Shown: in pieces, positions 26,066 through 37,356 of the stretch | How the letters are laid out: the number at the start of each line of letters is the position of its first letter | Numbering within the stretch: position 1 is the stretch's first letter | Assembly: GCF_006345805.1 (NCBI RefSeq) | Contig: NC_043006.1 | Span: forward strand, 16,492,001-16,556,000 | Origin: Octopus sinensis | Lineage: Eukaryota | Direction: 5' to 3' | Length of the DNA: 64,000 nucleotides | Made by a program: the position numbers and the translations under genes | Notes under the pieces: generated by a model | What the model saw: only the letters and a program-made list of their open reading frames with translations | The model's database searches: none | What the model was told of the DNA's origin: nothing

Positions 26066-29000
26066 TTGCACACATATGAACAAGATAGTCTTCTTTTGCT
26101 TTTCGTCTTCCAGATCCACTCATAAAGTTTTTGGTCATCCTGAGGCTGTAGTAGAAGATACTTGCTCAAGGTGCATGCCGTGGGACTGAACCTAAAACCA
26201 TGTGGTAGGGAAGCTAACTTCTTTTCAAAGAAAGCAATCAAAATAAATGGGATAACTACTCGGACCAAGAAAGCCCACTATATGTGTGTGTGTAGTACAT
26301 ATGCACTAATACAAAATTTCAAGATAGTATGTTGATATTTAGTATATTACATATATTGTTCCAGTCTCCACTAAAATATAATTTCATATACTCAGTTACT
26401 GATCAGTGCTCAACCAAAACTCTCACATTTTCCATTTCGTTCCTTCTCTATCTCTCTTTCTTGACACTCTCTCTCTCACGAACAAACTGTTCTTTTCACT
26501 GTTTTATTTTCTTTTCTCTTTGAGTCTCTCTTCCTCTCATAATTTACTGTTTTTCTGCTTCTTTTACACACATATCTGCACACATTTTTTTGGTCTCTTT
26601 CCAAAGTATTTTTGTCATTTGACAAAAAACATTCACTTTTGCACATCAGTCCTTGTGAGTTGGCCTGGTTGGATGGTTTGATAGGATCTCAACAGTATCA
26701 AGATCCAGCATCTGTTTCAGAATGGTTTTTATAGCCAAGTGCTTTTCTTAATGTCAAACAATGTACTGGGTACTTTTTTGTGGCATTGATACTGCTGAGG
26801 TCACCGAGTACCTTGCAAGACAAGACTTCTTGATTGGGAGGAGGTGTAGTGTACTGAGGGGTAAGAGTACGATAGCTGGATAGGAACAAGTGTCGTGCTG
26901 TAGATGAGATACATGGCTATGCCAGTGGGAAAAGGAGATAAGATGGTGGAAGATGAGATATGATGAGCAGGTATGTTTGCATTCAATCGACTGAGTGAAT
27001 AAAAATACTGCTTAAGTAATCTATGGTTTGAAACATTGCAGCAAGGGTTCAGGTAAATATATTGGATCAGTTTATAAACATGGAATTATAGATACTTGGT
27101 TCATCATTATATGATTTAAGTTCCATGAGGTTATGAAAGGTATTTGACTGAACAAACTAATTAAAATTCAACATTTAATGATCTAGTGTATGTCTTAACG
27201 ATATCAAACAATAACACAGTAATTAACGTCAACATGGATGGGCTATAGTGTCCACAGTGCTGTGGATTCAGTTCCACTGTGTGGCACCTTGGCAAGTGTC
27301 TTCTACTAAAGCCCCAGGCTGACCAAAGCATTATTAGAGGCTTTGGTAAACAGAAACTGAAAGAAGCTTTAAGGCAGCGAGCTGGCAGAAACATTAGCAT
27401 GCCGGGCAAAATACTTAGCAGTATTTCGTCTGCTGTTATGTTCTGAGTTCAAATTCTGCCAAGGTCTACTTTACCTTTCATCCTTTCGGGGTTGATAAAT
27501 TAAGTACCAGTTATGCACTGGGGTCGATGTAATCAACTTAGTCTCTTTGTCTGTCCTTGTTTGTCCTCTCTATGTTTAACCCCTTGTGGGCAATAAAGAA
27601 ATAAGAAACTGAAAGAAGCTTGTCATTTATACGTGTGAGTGTGTTTCTATCCATGTCCTATCATCACATGATAGTAGTTAAACAAGTGTCACTGTTATAC
27701 AAGCAGTGTTGTTTGTTTCCAGTTTCCTGTGAAAAAAAAAAAAATTGGGGCCACAAGGAAATATTTTGCTTGGAAATGTGAAGGTCGTTGATAGGAAGGA
27801 CATTCAACTATAAAAACTTTACTTCACAGAAAAGAGGGTGTTAAATGCTGCTCGTGAGGGTGATGATAGTTGTGTGTGTCTGTATAGATAGATAGAGAGA
27901 AAAGGAAAGTATGCATTTTATATGATTTCATAATTCATGAAACATAATTAATGCTTTTATACTGTTTATTATTATTTTAAATGTGTTGCTCTCAACTATC
28001 ATTTTAGCCAATTCTGTACTCACATGCTAGTTCACTGCATTGTAATAATGTTTTGGTGTTTAATGATGAGTCAACAATTAAGCTCTTAAATACCATGTCT
28101 ATATTTTATGATGTTTATACATAAATGTATCCACCACACACACACATATATATATATATATATGTGGAGGTACATGGCTGGTGGTTAGAGCAGTAGACTC
28201 GTGGTCGAGGGATCGCGGGTTCGAATCTCAGACCGGGCGATGTGTGTGTTTATGAGTGAAACACCTAAGCTCCACTTGGCTCCAGCAGAAGGTACCGGTG
28301 AACTTCTGCTGACTCTTTTGCTACAAATTTTTCTCACTCTTTCCTCCTGCATCTTGCAGCTCACCTGCAAGGGAACCTATATGCCAAGGAAACCGGCCCT
28401 TATGAGCCAGGCGGGACTCAAGAAGGAACATAAGTAAGGCTTCGTAATATGTACCATGCTTGCTTCCTCTAATCATTTTAGGTACCTATGTGACCATGAG
28501 TGGGTGTAGACATATTTTTGACTCTACTGTCTTAACCTAACTAAAAATCCATGATGTGATGACGAGAGAGAGAGAGAAGGCTGCAGCAGTTGGTATGCAC
28601 TTTCAGCTGAACATAAAAGGAAGTGCCTTGCTTAAGAATGCAACACATTGTTTGATCTGGGAATTGAATCACAACCTTGCAATTATAAACAGCAACATTC
28701 TAAGCACCAGATCACATGCCTCCACAAATGCATTTCCTATTTATCTTGCACATAAGCAAACACATATACACAATTGTGCAAGACAAACCGAGATTACATC
28801 ACAGATAACAGTTTCTTCAATTGACCACAGACATCAAGAATTTTCTTTGAAAAGAATTTAAGCACATGTTGGCATACTGAAATAGGTTCAGTTCTTTTAT
28901 TTAAGATTATGACAAGTGGTGAATGATGAGGAATTTTTCTTATGTTTAGAGCTGTCTGACGGGTTGATTAAATGAAAGCCGTCAGATATAATGACTGAGT

Positions 29001-29501
29001 CTTATACTTAGCTAAACAGTGATTATATCACTGAGTACCTTATACTTAGCTAAACATATTTCAGTTGCTCTACACTTCTAACTCAAAATTGTATTGAGCA
29101 TTTTTATGTTAGTGCCAGAAATAAACAGATATATAATCAGAAAGGCATATATTTCATATTTTAATTGTATTCAAAAGTGTTTCAGTAAGACAAATGCTAC
29201 CAAATATGTAATTTTATAACTGTGATGTATAATTTAATCTAAATTATGTATCAATTATGTCATCATACGTTTGAAACAGCTCTTGAATGCAAAGTAAGAA
29301 CTATATGTAAAATTTATGCTTTTCTTAATATGTCGCTCTTAGAGATCATTTTAGCTGATTAAGTACATACATATAAGTTCGTTCCACTTGCATTTACTAA
29401 AATGTAATAATGGGTTGGAGTTCAAAGACATGTTATTAATTGAACTCTTAATTACTGTGGGTTTATTTTTCGATGCTTATATATCAGTTTCTTATATATA
29501 T

Positions 29502-29838
29502 ATCATCATCATCGTTTAACGTTCGCTTTCCATGCTAGCATGGGTTGGATGAATGACTGAGGGCTGGCGAACCAGATGGCTGCAATCTTGATTTGGCAGA
29601 GTTTCTACAGCTGGATGCCCTTCCTAATGTCAAACACTCCAAGAGTGTAGTGGGTGCTTTACGTGCCAGTCAGGCGGTATTGGCAACGACCTCACTCGAA
29701 TCTTTTACACATGCCACCAGCATGGTAATGATCACGTTCGAATGGTGTCTTTTACGTGCCACCGGCATGGAGGCCACATAGCCGCTCTGGCAATGATCAT
29801 GCTCAGATGGTGCTCTTAATACCCTACTAGCACGGGGC
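29502..29838 (-). mobile_element. RTE 3'-UTR copy
   Basis: (CAT)n plus the reverse complement of the family core. Confidence 0.78.
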
Positions 29839-30329
29839 TCGAATATATATATATATCTTTCTCCTCTTATGTGTATATCATAGTATCACAACATGCTTCA
29901 CGTTGTTTATCCTTCATATGATGCCACCCTGCTGGCTAGGCAAGGAGTCCAACATTACCCCTGATTGGAAGACTATTCTGTTGCAGTGTTACCCATTTAG
30001 AGGTTAATGGACTGGAGCAACATGAATTGAAGTGTTTTGCTCAAGAACACAATGGTGCCATCCAATTTAAGAACCAAACTCATGATCTAGAAATTCTGAA
30101 TGCAAAATTCTAACCAATAGGGCATGCACCTTCACTTGTGTGTGCATGCATGTGTGTGTGTGTATAATGATTAAAATGCTTTAATGTTTGTGTGGTGCAA
30201 GGCCAACTCACAAGGACTGATGTGCAAAAGTGAATGTTTTTTGTCAAATGACAAAAATACTGGCATGGAATATGGGCAATAAATCATGACAGTGATGATG
30301 ATCAGTCAGTCATCACTCCTAAAATAAAA

Positions 30330-31045
30330 TCATCATCGTTTAACGTCCGTTCTCCATGCTAGCATGGGTTGGACGGTTCGACCGGGGATCTGGGAAGCCA
30401 GAAGGCTGCACCAGGCTCCAGTCTAATCTGGGAATGTTTCTACAGCTGGATGCCCTTCCTAACGCCAACCACTCCGTGAGTGTAGTGGGTGCTTTTTACG
30501 TGCCAGGCGAGGCTGGCAACGGCCACGGTCGGATTGGTGTATTTTATGTGCCACCGGCACGGAAGCCAGTCGAGGCGGTGCTGGCATCGGCCACGAGTCT
30601 GATAGTGCTTTTTACGTACCACCAGACCAGGGATCCTGGCTGGTTCAATTCGATTTCGATTTCGCTTGCCCCAACATGTCTTCACAAGCAAAGGGGGTTG
30701 GCATGGGTGCCTGTCGTACGGTCGGATTGGAGTATTTTATGTGCCAGCGGCGCTGGCATCGGCCACGAGTCGGATAGTGCTTTTTACGTACCACCAGACC
30801 AGGGATCCTGGCTGGTTCAATTCGGTTTCGATTTCGATTTCGCTTGCCCCAACATGTCTTCGCAAGCAGAGGGGGTTGGCATGGGTGCCTGTTGTCGGAT
30901 GAGGTTCTATATTGACTTCGCTTGCCTCAACAGGTCTTTGTGTCCAAGGGAGGAAAGGCATTCATAAGTGGGCTGGGCTCACTTGTCCTGCCTGGTCTTC
31001 TCACATACAGAATATTTCCAAAGGTCTCGGTCGCTGGTCATTTCC
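30330..31045 (-). mobile_element. RTE 3' end reaching into the ORF, with an internal duplication of about 180 bp
   Basis: The distal end encodes MTSDRDLWKY on the minus strand. Block of about 30580-30715 recurs at about 30750-30895. Confidence 0.82.
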
Positions 31046-32130
31046 TCATTTCCTCAAAATAGTTCTTAATATAAACACAAGAAAAACTGTTTTGGAATTT
31101 ACTTTTCTTTTGCTTCCACAATCAAGTCTTGAAATTCTTACAGACCTCAATGTGAACAATTCTTCTTTCCAGTTAATCCTGCCAAGGTCAACTTTATATT
31201 ATCAACTCCTTCCAAGGGTCAATGAAATAAAGTACCAGTCAACTACTGAGATAGATTTAATTTGACCAAAGCCCACTTGCTATTATTGCTCACTTTGAGC
31301 CTAAAGGTCATAAATAAATATGAGAAAGTTTTGAAAGATTTATATTATTGTTATGTTGTTAACTCTTATGTTAACAAAAAGTATTGGCCCTAAAATCTGT
31401 GGTCATGTAGTACAAGTGACCATATATTTATATATGTATATATATGCCATTTATGGCCTAAGCGATTTACCTAAATCAAACAAAAAAAATTAGCTAAGAG
31501 AAATAAACCAAGAGTGGTTAGTGGCATGTATGTGAACTATACTAACAAATACAGGTGTATCGAATGACGTTGGTTTACCAAGATTATCGTTGCCTCTAGA
31601 GAATAGAAATACAAAATATTGTGTTAAGGGAGATAACTCTGATGATATTTATTGCAATACTTTGAAAATATGATGGAGAAAAACGGGGGAAATTTTATGA
31701 GTGGATCTCATCTTCAAGCCAATGGGTGAAAGTAACGGACATCTTTTGCTCTTTTTCGATCTCCTCGATGAATTATATTCTATTCAGTTGGCAAATACAC
31801 CAAGCGTCACCAATATATCGAAGGAATATAGTAATGTCTTTTATTGTCTCCAAGCTGGCCGAAGGAAAATATCTCAGATATTTGTCTTTGTGCAAAATTA
31901 TAAATACGATAGAGTCTCGTATCTAATGTAGAAAGCCGCAAAACTTCGATTAGCTGGAGTTATCCACTTAATTAATAGACAAATCTCTCTCTAGTGGGTT
32001 AAAATTCGAAAAAAATTAAATGCAAGGGAATTAACTCCAATAAACCTATGAAAATATTTAGAAAATATAATCCGTCCTAGAATAATGGAATAGATCAGTT
32101 CTTTCAAAGTTTAACAATTTTATGTGAATA

Positions 32131-32641
32131 CTAGCAGTATCGCCCGGCGTTGCTCGGGTTTGTAAGGGAGATAACTATATAAGCATTTTTAGAGAGTTAC
32201 TTCCCTTATAGATGCCAATTCGGGCTTTCTTTGCCATTTCTGTTTTGGCGACTTCAAGCCATGAAGTCGTTGTTCTAAAAGAACGCTGGTCTCCTTGACA
32301 ACGCTTTACGACGTTGATTTCCTTACACTCCCTTCCCCACAGCTTCACGAGGGAGGGAAGAAGGGGGAGAAGCAAACAGGTGCAGGTGTTTGAGCGTGGA
32401 CGCCAACTCCGCCGCCATCGATACACGAAAAATTATGCATTAAAATGGAATAAAAAATTATGTTAAATTATTTTTTAAATCGTAGACTCATCGTAGACGC
32501 GCGCTAATACCCAGACGGGCTCGATATGAATCACGACTATAAGATACCCGGTTTTGGTTAAACTGCACTGCAAAATGTGGGAGTAGTTAGGAATCTAAAT
32601 CGTAGGAGACAGACACACAACTTCACTTTTATATATAAAGA
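32131..32641 (-). mobile_element. Non-autonomous Helitron
   Basis: The minus strand starts TCTTTATATATAAAAG and ends with the hairpin CCCG-AGCAACGC-CGGG, 8 nt, then CTAG. Inserted between A and T with no TSD. Confidence 0.78.
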
Positions 32642-32885
32642 TATACACCGCTATATATATAGTGGTTATTTCAGTAATGTGTTCGAGGATGGTTAGAGGG
32701 GTGCTGATGAAGGGGCAAAAACCCTTAAAATATGGCATACACGCCCATTTGCCATTTTTCATCGTCGGCCTCATTGTTTATTTACATCTGACGTCTCGTA
32801 TACGAAGCGTAGTAACAAAAATCAATGCTGGCTATAGTTTCTAAAGAATATCTGTAGAGATAACCTAAAAAAATTATTTTATATG

Positions 32886-33577
32886 CATCCGTGCTAGCGA
32901 GGTGCAAAGAGCACCATCCGAGTGTGATCGTTGACAGAGCGGCTAAACCGCTTCCGTGCCGGTGGCACGTAAAAGGGCACCATTCGAGCGTGATCGTAAC
33001 CTATTTCTTTACTACCCACAAGGGGCTAAACACAGAGGGGACGAACAAGGACAGACAAACGGATTAAGTCGATTATATCGACCCCAGTGCGTAACTGGTA
33101 CTTATTTAATCGACCCCGAAAGGATGAAAGGCAAAGTCAACCTCGTGATCGTTACCAGCGTCACCATACTGGCACTTGTGCCCGTGCTAGTAGGGTGCCA
33201 AGAGCACCATCCGAGCATGATCGTTGCCAGAGCAGCCAACTGGCTTCCGTGTCGGTAGCACGTAAACGGTCACCATTCGAGCATGATCATTACCAGCGTC
33301 GCTTCACTGGCACCTGTGCCGGTGGCATGTACAAAAAGATTCGAGCAGGGTCGTTGCCAGTACCACCTGACTGGCCCCCGTGTCGGTGGCACGTAAAAAG
33401 CACCCACTATACTCTCGGAGTGGTTGGCGTTAGGAAGGGCATCCAGCTGTAGAAACTCTGCCAGATCAAGATTGGAGCCTGGTACAGCCATCTGGTTCGC
33501 CAGCCCTCAGTCAAAATCGTCCAACCCATGGGAAGCGGACGTTAAACGACGACGACGACGACGATGACGACGATGAC

Positions 33578-33625
<48 letters not shown>

Positions 33626-33650
33626 GACGACGACGGTGATGATGGTGGTG
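32886..33650 (+). mobile_element. RTE 3'-UTR copy with an expanded (GAC/GAT)n tail, interrupted by a SINE fragment (33003-33143)
   Basis: Family core; cgtgatcgt is repeated on both sides of the inserted SINE fragment. Confidence 0.8.
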
Positions 33651-34224
33651 GACAAGTTGAAAAAAACGTTGGAAGTGCAATATATTGTTGTCTTCCCTCT
33701 TTTCTGTTTTCACTGTCTCCCACCTCTTCTATCAGAAACACTAATTTATGCTACACATATACCAGCCAAAAAGGAAGCCTTTCTCCGATATACCAAAAAT
33801 AGCAACAAATTCCCACTGTATCGTATATAAATGATGAAATGTAATAATCAGGGGAGACAACCATCAAATTTAAATGAAATTATAAATAGAATGCAACGGC
33901 GAGCGGACGTGATGTTTTGTCAGTTTGGTGACACCGCAGCATACTTCATGTTATTAAATCTCACCGGTGAGGTATAGTCAAACTGGTTAGACCTCAATTT
34001 TAAGATATGCGTCTGTTACCTCTATTTGACTCCAATATCCACATAAAATTTACTACTGTCGACTTTTGTCTTAAAATATTGTGGGTAACAGCAATATAGT
34101 TCAGAATGGAAGCTACACACGCACGGGCGTTTGTATTTATATAAGACCAAAATATCTATTAGAAAAAGCAGTATATTTTAATAGAATTAGATACACACAT
34201 TCTTATATATATATATATTATATA

Positions 34225-34255
<31 letters not shown>

Positions 34256-34480
34256 CTTTATTTTAAGCAGCAGAAAATTCAACAAAATCTGTTACTCTGA
34301 GTTTCTCGTTGCCGTTCATCAGACAGTTTTTGCTAGAACTGTCTGATGAACGGCAACGAGAAACTCAGAGTAACAGATTTTGTTGAATTTTCTGCTGCTT
34401 AAAATAAAGCATATTACTCTACCACTGGTATTTGAGTACTCTTTTTTCCACCTTGTTTCACATTTATGTGTTTACTCCGG
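34256..34480 (+). mobile_element. Short Penelope-related element: perfect 73-bp inverted repeat containing a hammerhead motif, plus a tail of about 70 nt
   Basis: Arms 34256-34328 and 34337-34409 are exact reverse complements. Hammerhead at 34339-34376: CTGT-CTGATGA-ACGGCAACGA-GAAA-CTCAGAG-TA-ACAG. Embedded in (TA)n. Confidence 0.75.
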
Positions 34481-34527
<47 letters not shown>

Positions 34528-34656
34528 GTGTACATTTATATAAATATATGAATAATATATAGTCTATTGACAAATTTTTTTACACGCTAGGCCACTGGTA
34601 GTAAAAGTTTCTAATTTTTTTTACTACCCTGATATTAATTATATATATATATATAT

Positions 34657-34689
<33 letters not shown>

Positions 34690-37320
34690 CCAGAGACACC
34701 AGGACACAGGCTGGAACCTAGTAATAAGGAAAAACCGAAGATAATCAATCTTTCAACCAAACCTCTTTCTAACATAAAAATTGACATCCTCGCAAAAGGG
34801 CTCAAATTTACACCAACTCCACGCAGAGCCAACCTAAATGAAATCAAGGATAATATAACAGAATTTTGCAGAAAATTAAGACTAGCAGAAGCATCAACCA
34901 GTTTCAATACTGAAGATGAATCACTAGTCAAGAACAAAAGTGAACACATCCCACACAGAGGAATAAATAAAGATCTTGACGAATTCTGTAACCACATTGA
35001 GAACTTCCCCTACCATACTATACATAAACAGAAAGTTAACTCAAATTTTAACACTACACAATGGAAGGAACTGATAGAACTTCAAAATGATGAAGATATA
35101 ACCATTAAGGAAGCAGACAAGGGAAATGCAGTTGTAATAATGGATACATCATACTATAGAAATCTTGTAATTTCCTTGCTTGATGACAACCAACATTATG
35201 AAAAAATCACCAACTACACCCCACAAAAAATAATGAAAACTCTATCTTCACTAATTAAAACCCATGAAAAGGAACTAACAACCAAAGAGATTGACTTTCT
35301 AACAAACTTTAAATGCAAACCTAGCCTCTTCTGTGGTCTGCCAAAAATTCATAAAAGCCAAATTATAAATGAAACCATTAAAAAATCACCAAAGACATAC
35401 ATACACACACCTAACCCGGAGGACCTAAAACTACGACCCATTGTAGCTGGCCCATCCTGTGAAACACACAGACTAAGTCTATTTATGGACATCCTCCTGA
35501 AATCCTTCCTTAAACATATCGATAGCCATATCAGAGATGACTTAGATATGTTAAACCACCTTCCAAAAAAAGCCAAGGAAGAAACAATCATGGTTTCATT
35601 TGATGTAGTTAACTTATAGACCAGTATACCTCATAATTATGGACTAGAGGCAATACAGTTCTGGTTAGACCAATTTCCGGAAGAAATACCAAAAAGGACC
35701 AGTAAAGAATTCATTACTAAATCAATTGAATTCATCCTACATAATAACCACTTCATGTTTAACAATACATTTTACCGTAAAAAATCCAGAATTGCTATGG
35801 GTACAAGGGCAGCACCAGTCATTGCGAACCTAACAATGGGCTACCTGGAAATAATCATTTACCAGGAATCTTTATCAATCTTTGGAAACCCCCTCTCTCA
35901 ATACATAAAAGAGAATTGGAAACGATTCCTGGACGATTGTTTTATACTCTGAAATGAAAACACAGATAAACTCCTAAAATTTAAAAACCTATTGAACAGC
36001 ATAAACCCAAATATACAGTTCACAATGGAATACAACCAAAAGGAGCTCCCATTCTTGGATATACTAATTTAAAAAATTAACCTTAAAATAGAAACAGACA
36101 TTTTTTACAAAGCCACAGACGCCAAACAATACCTTCTTTTTAATTCATGCCACCCAAGACACACTAAAACAAACATCCCCTTCAACCTTGCAAGAAGGAT
36201 ATGCACAGTAGTGTCAGAACAAAATACCAGGAACTTTAGACTGCAAGAACTCAAAAACACCCTAATTGACAGACATTACCCAGCTTAACTCATAGAGGAT
36301 GGGATCAGATGTGCAACAGAAATCAACATAGAAACTTTAAGAAAAGTTCAACACAACAACACACCTTCCCTGAAAATACTACCTTACATATCCACATACA
36401 ACCCCAGAAACAAAGAAGCCTTCACCATCATCACCCAGAATTTACCAATACTTCATAAGGACCCCAAATTAAAGGAAATTCTAAACATACACCAAATCAT
36501 TAAAAGCTACAAACAACCTAAATCACTTAAAAAGATTCTCACAAAGGCAAAATTGTTTTCTGAAATTACGGATGCAAAAGTAAAAAAATGTGGTGGACCG
36601 AACTGTGCAACATGTCCAAACCTGCTAGAAGGATCAGAATTCCTCTTCAAAGAGGGACAGAAATTCAAGATCAAATCTAATTTTACTTGTGACATAATTT
36701 ATGTCATAAAATGCTCAGGCTGCCACCAAGACCACGGGACTATCACTCAGACATAGATGCACACTGCATCGACAACAGATTGCATTCCCAGAATACAGAA
36801 TGATACCCTTTAGTGAGCACATTGAGAAATGCGCAAAGCAACTACTACCACAATTTTTAATCTTTCCATTTTACCAATGTGCTATCGGAACACCAACACA
36901 AATTAGACTAAACAAGGAAACATTCTTCATTGAAAAATACAAGCCCAAACTTAACCATTCCAACATACTTTTACAGAGAAATTCACTCCAAAAGAAAGGC
37001 AATAAATTTTAAGCGATTATCTCCCTTACACCTGAAGAAATCACTTATTACCTCCCCTTATCTGGAACTCTCCTCAACATAAACATAACGATAACACTTC
37101 TCAACGTAAACATAACGATGTAAGAAATTTGAAAAGCTGAACGCGAAACCGGTCATTTCTTCTAAACTATGTCATTGTATGAAAAAAATTTATAACATTC
37201 TTCAGACATATTGACTCAAATATATATTTTTTAACCTTTTAAAACAAGCCTTCTGTAGTTTTTTCACTTTTTACTATTTTCTATATATTCAACCGCGTGC
37301 TTTCACAAACCAACTTTCTC
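34690..37320 (+). mobile_element. Penelope-like retroelement, degenerate RT plus GIY-YIG ORF (about 34690-36960), probably Neptune-type
   Basis: Motifs in order: NLS..KGLKFTPTP, IKEADKGNAVVIMD, RPIVAG, SFDVVNL*TSIP, AMGTRAAP, WKRFLDD, LPFLD, SCHP, a CGGPNCATC Zn-knuckle, then IIYVIKCSGC. In-frame stops at about 35617, 35950, 36068 and 36286. Flanked by (TA)n tracts. Confidence 0.9.
37122..37161 (+). ncRNA. Minimal type-I hammerhead ribozyme motif (U3-A8 core variant) in the PLE 3' region
   Basis: Stem I AAGAAAT/ATTTCTT (7 bp), core TTGAAAA, stem II GC-TGAAC-GC, GAAA, palindromic stem III ACCGGT, cleavage triplet GTC. Confidence 0.65.
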
Positions 37321-37321
37321 A

Positions 37322-37356
<35 letters not shown>

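Noticed and set aside
28164-28240. tRNA-like sequence with A and B boxes
   Set aside because: The acceptor stem does not close; it is a SINE head, as at 2789, 3814, 42473 and 63217.
28923-28959. ATGATGA...CTGA box C/D-like pair
   Set aside because: Too short for a snoRNA, no terminal stem, and not in an identified intron.
30356-30967. 203-aa ORF and many similar ORFs containing FLQLDALPNANHS or GVVGVRKGIQL
   Set aside because: These are translations of the RTE 3'-UTR repeat. They occur in different frames and strands with variable stops and are not a protein family.
33507-33830. Poly-His, poly-Ser and poly-Met ORFs
   Set aside because: Translations of an expanded (GAT/GAC)n retroposon tail.
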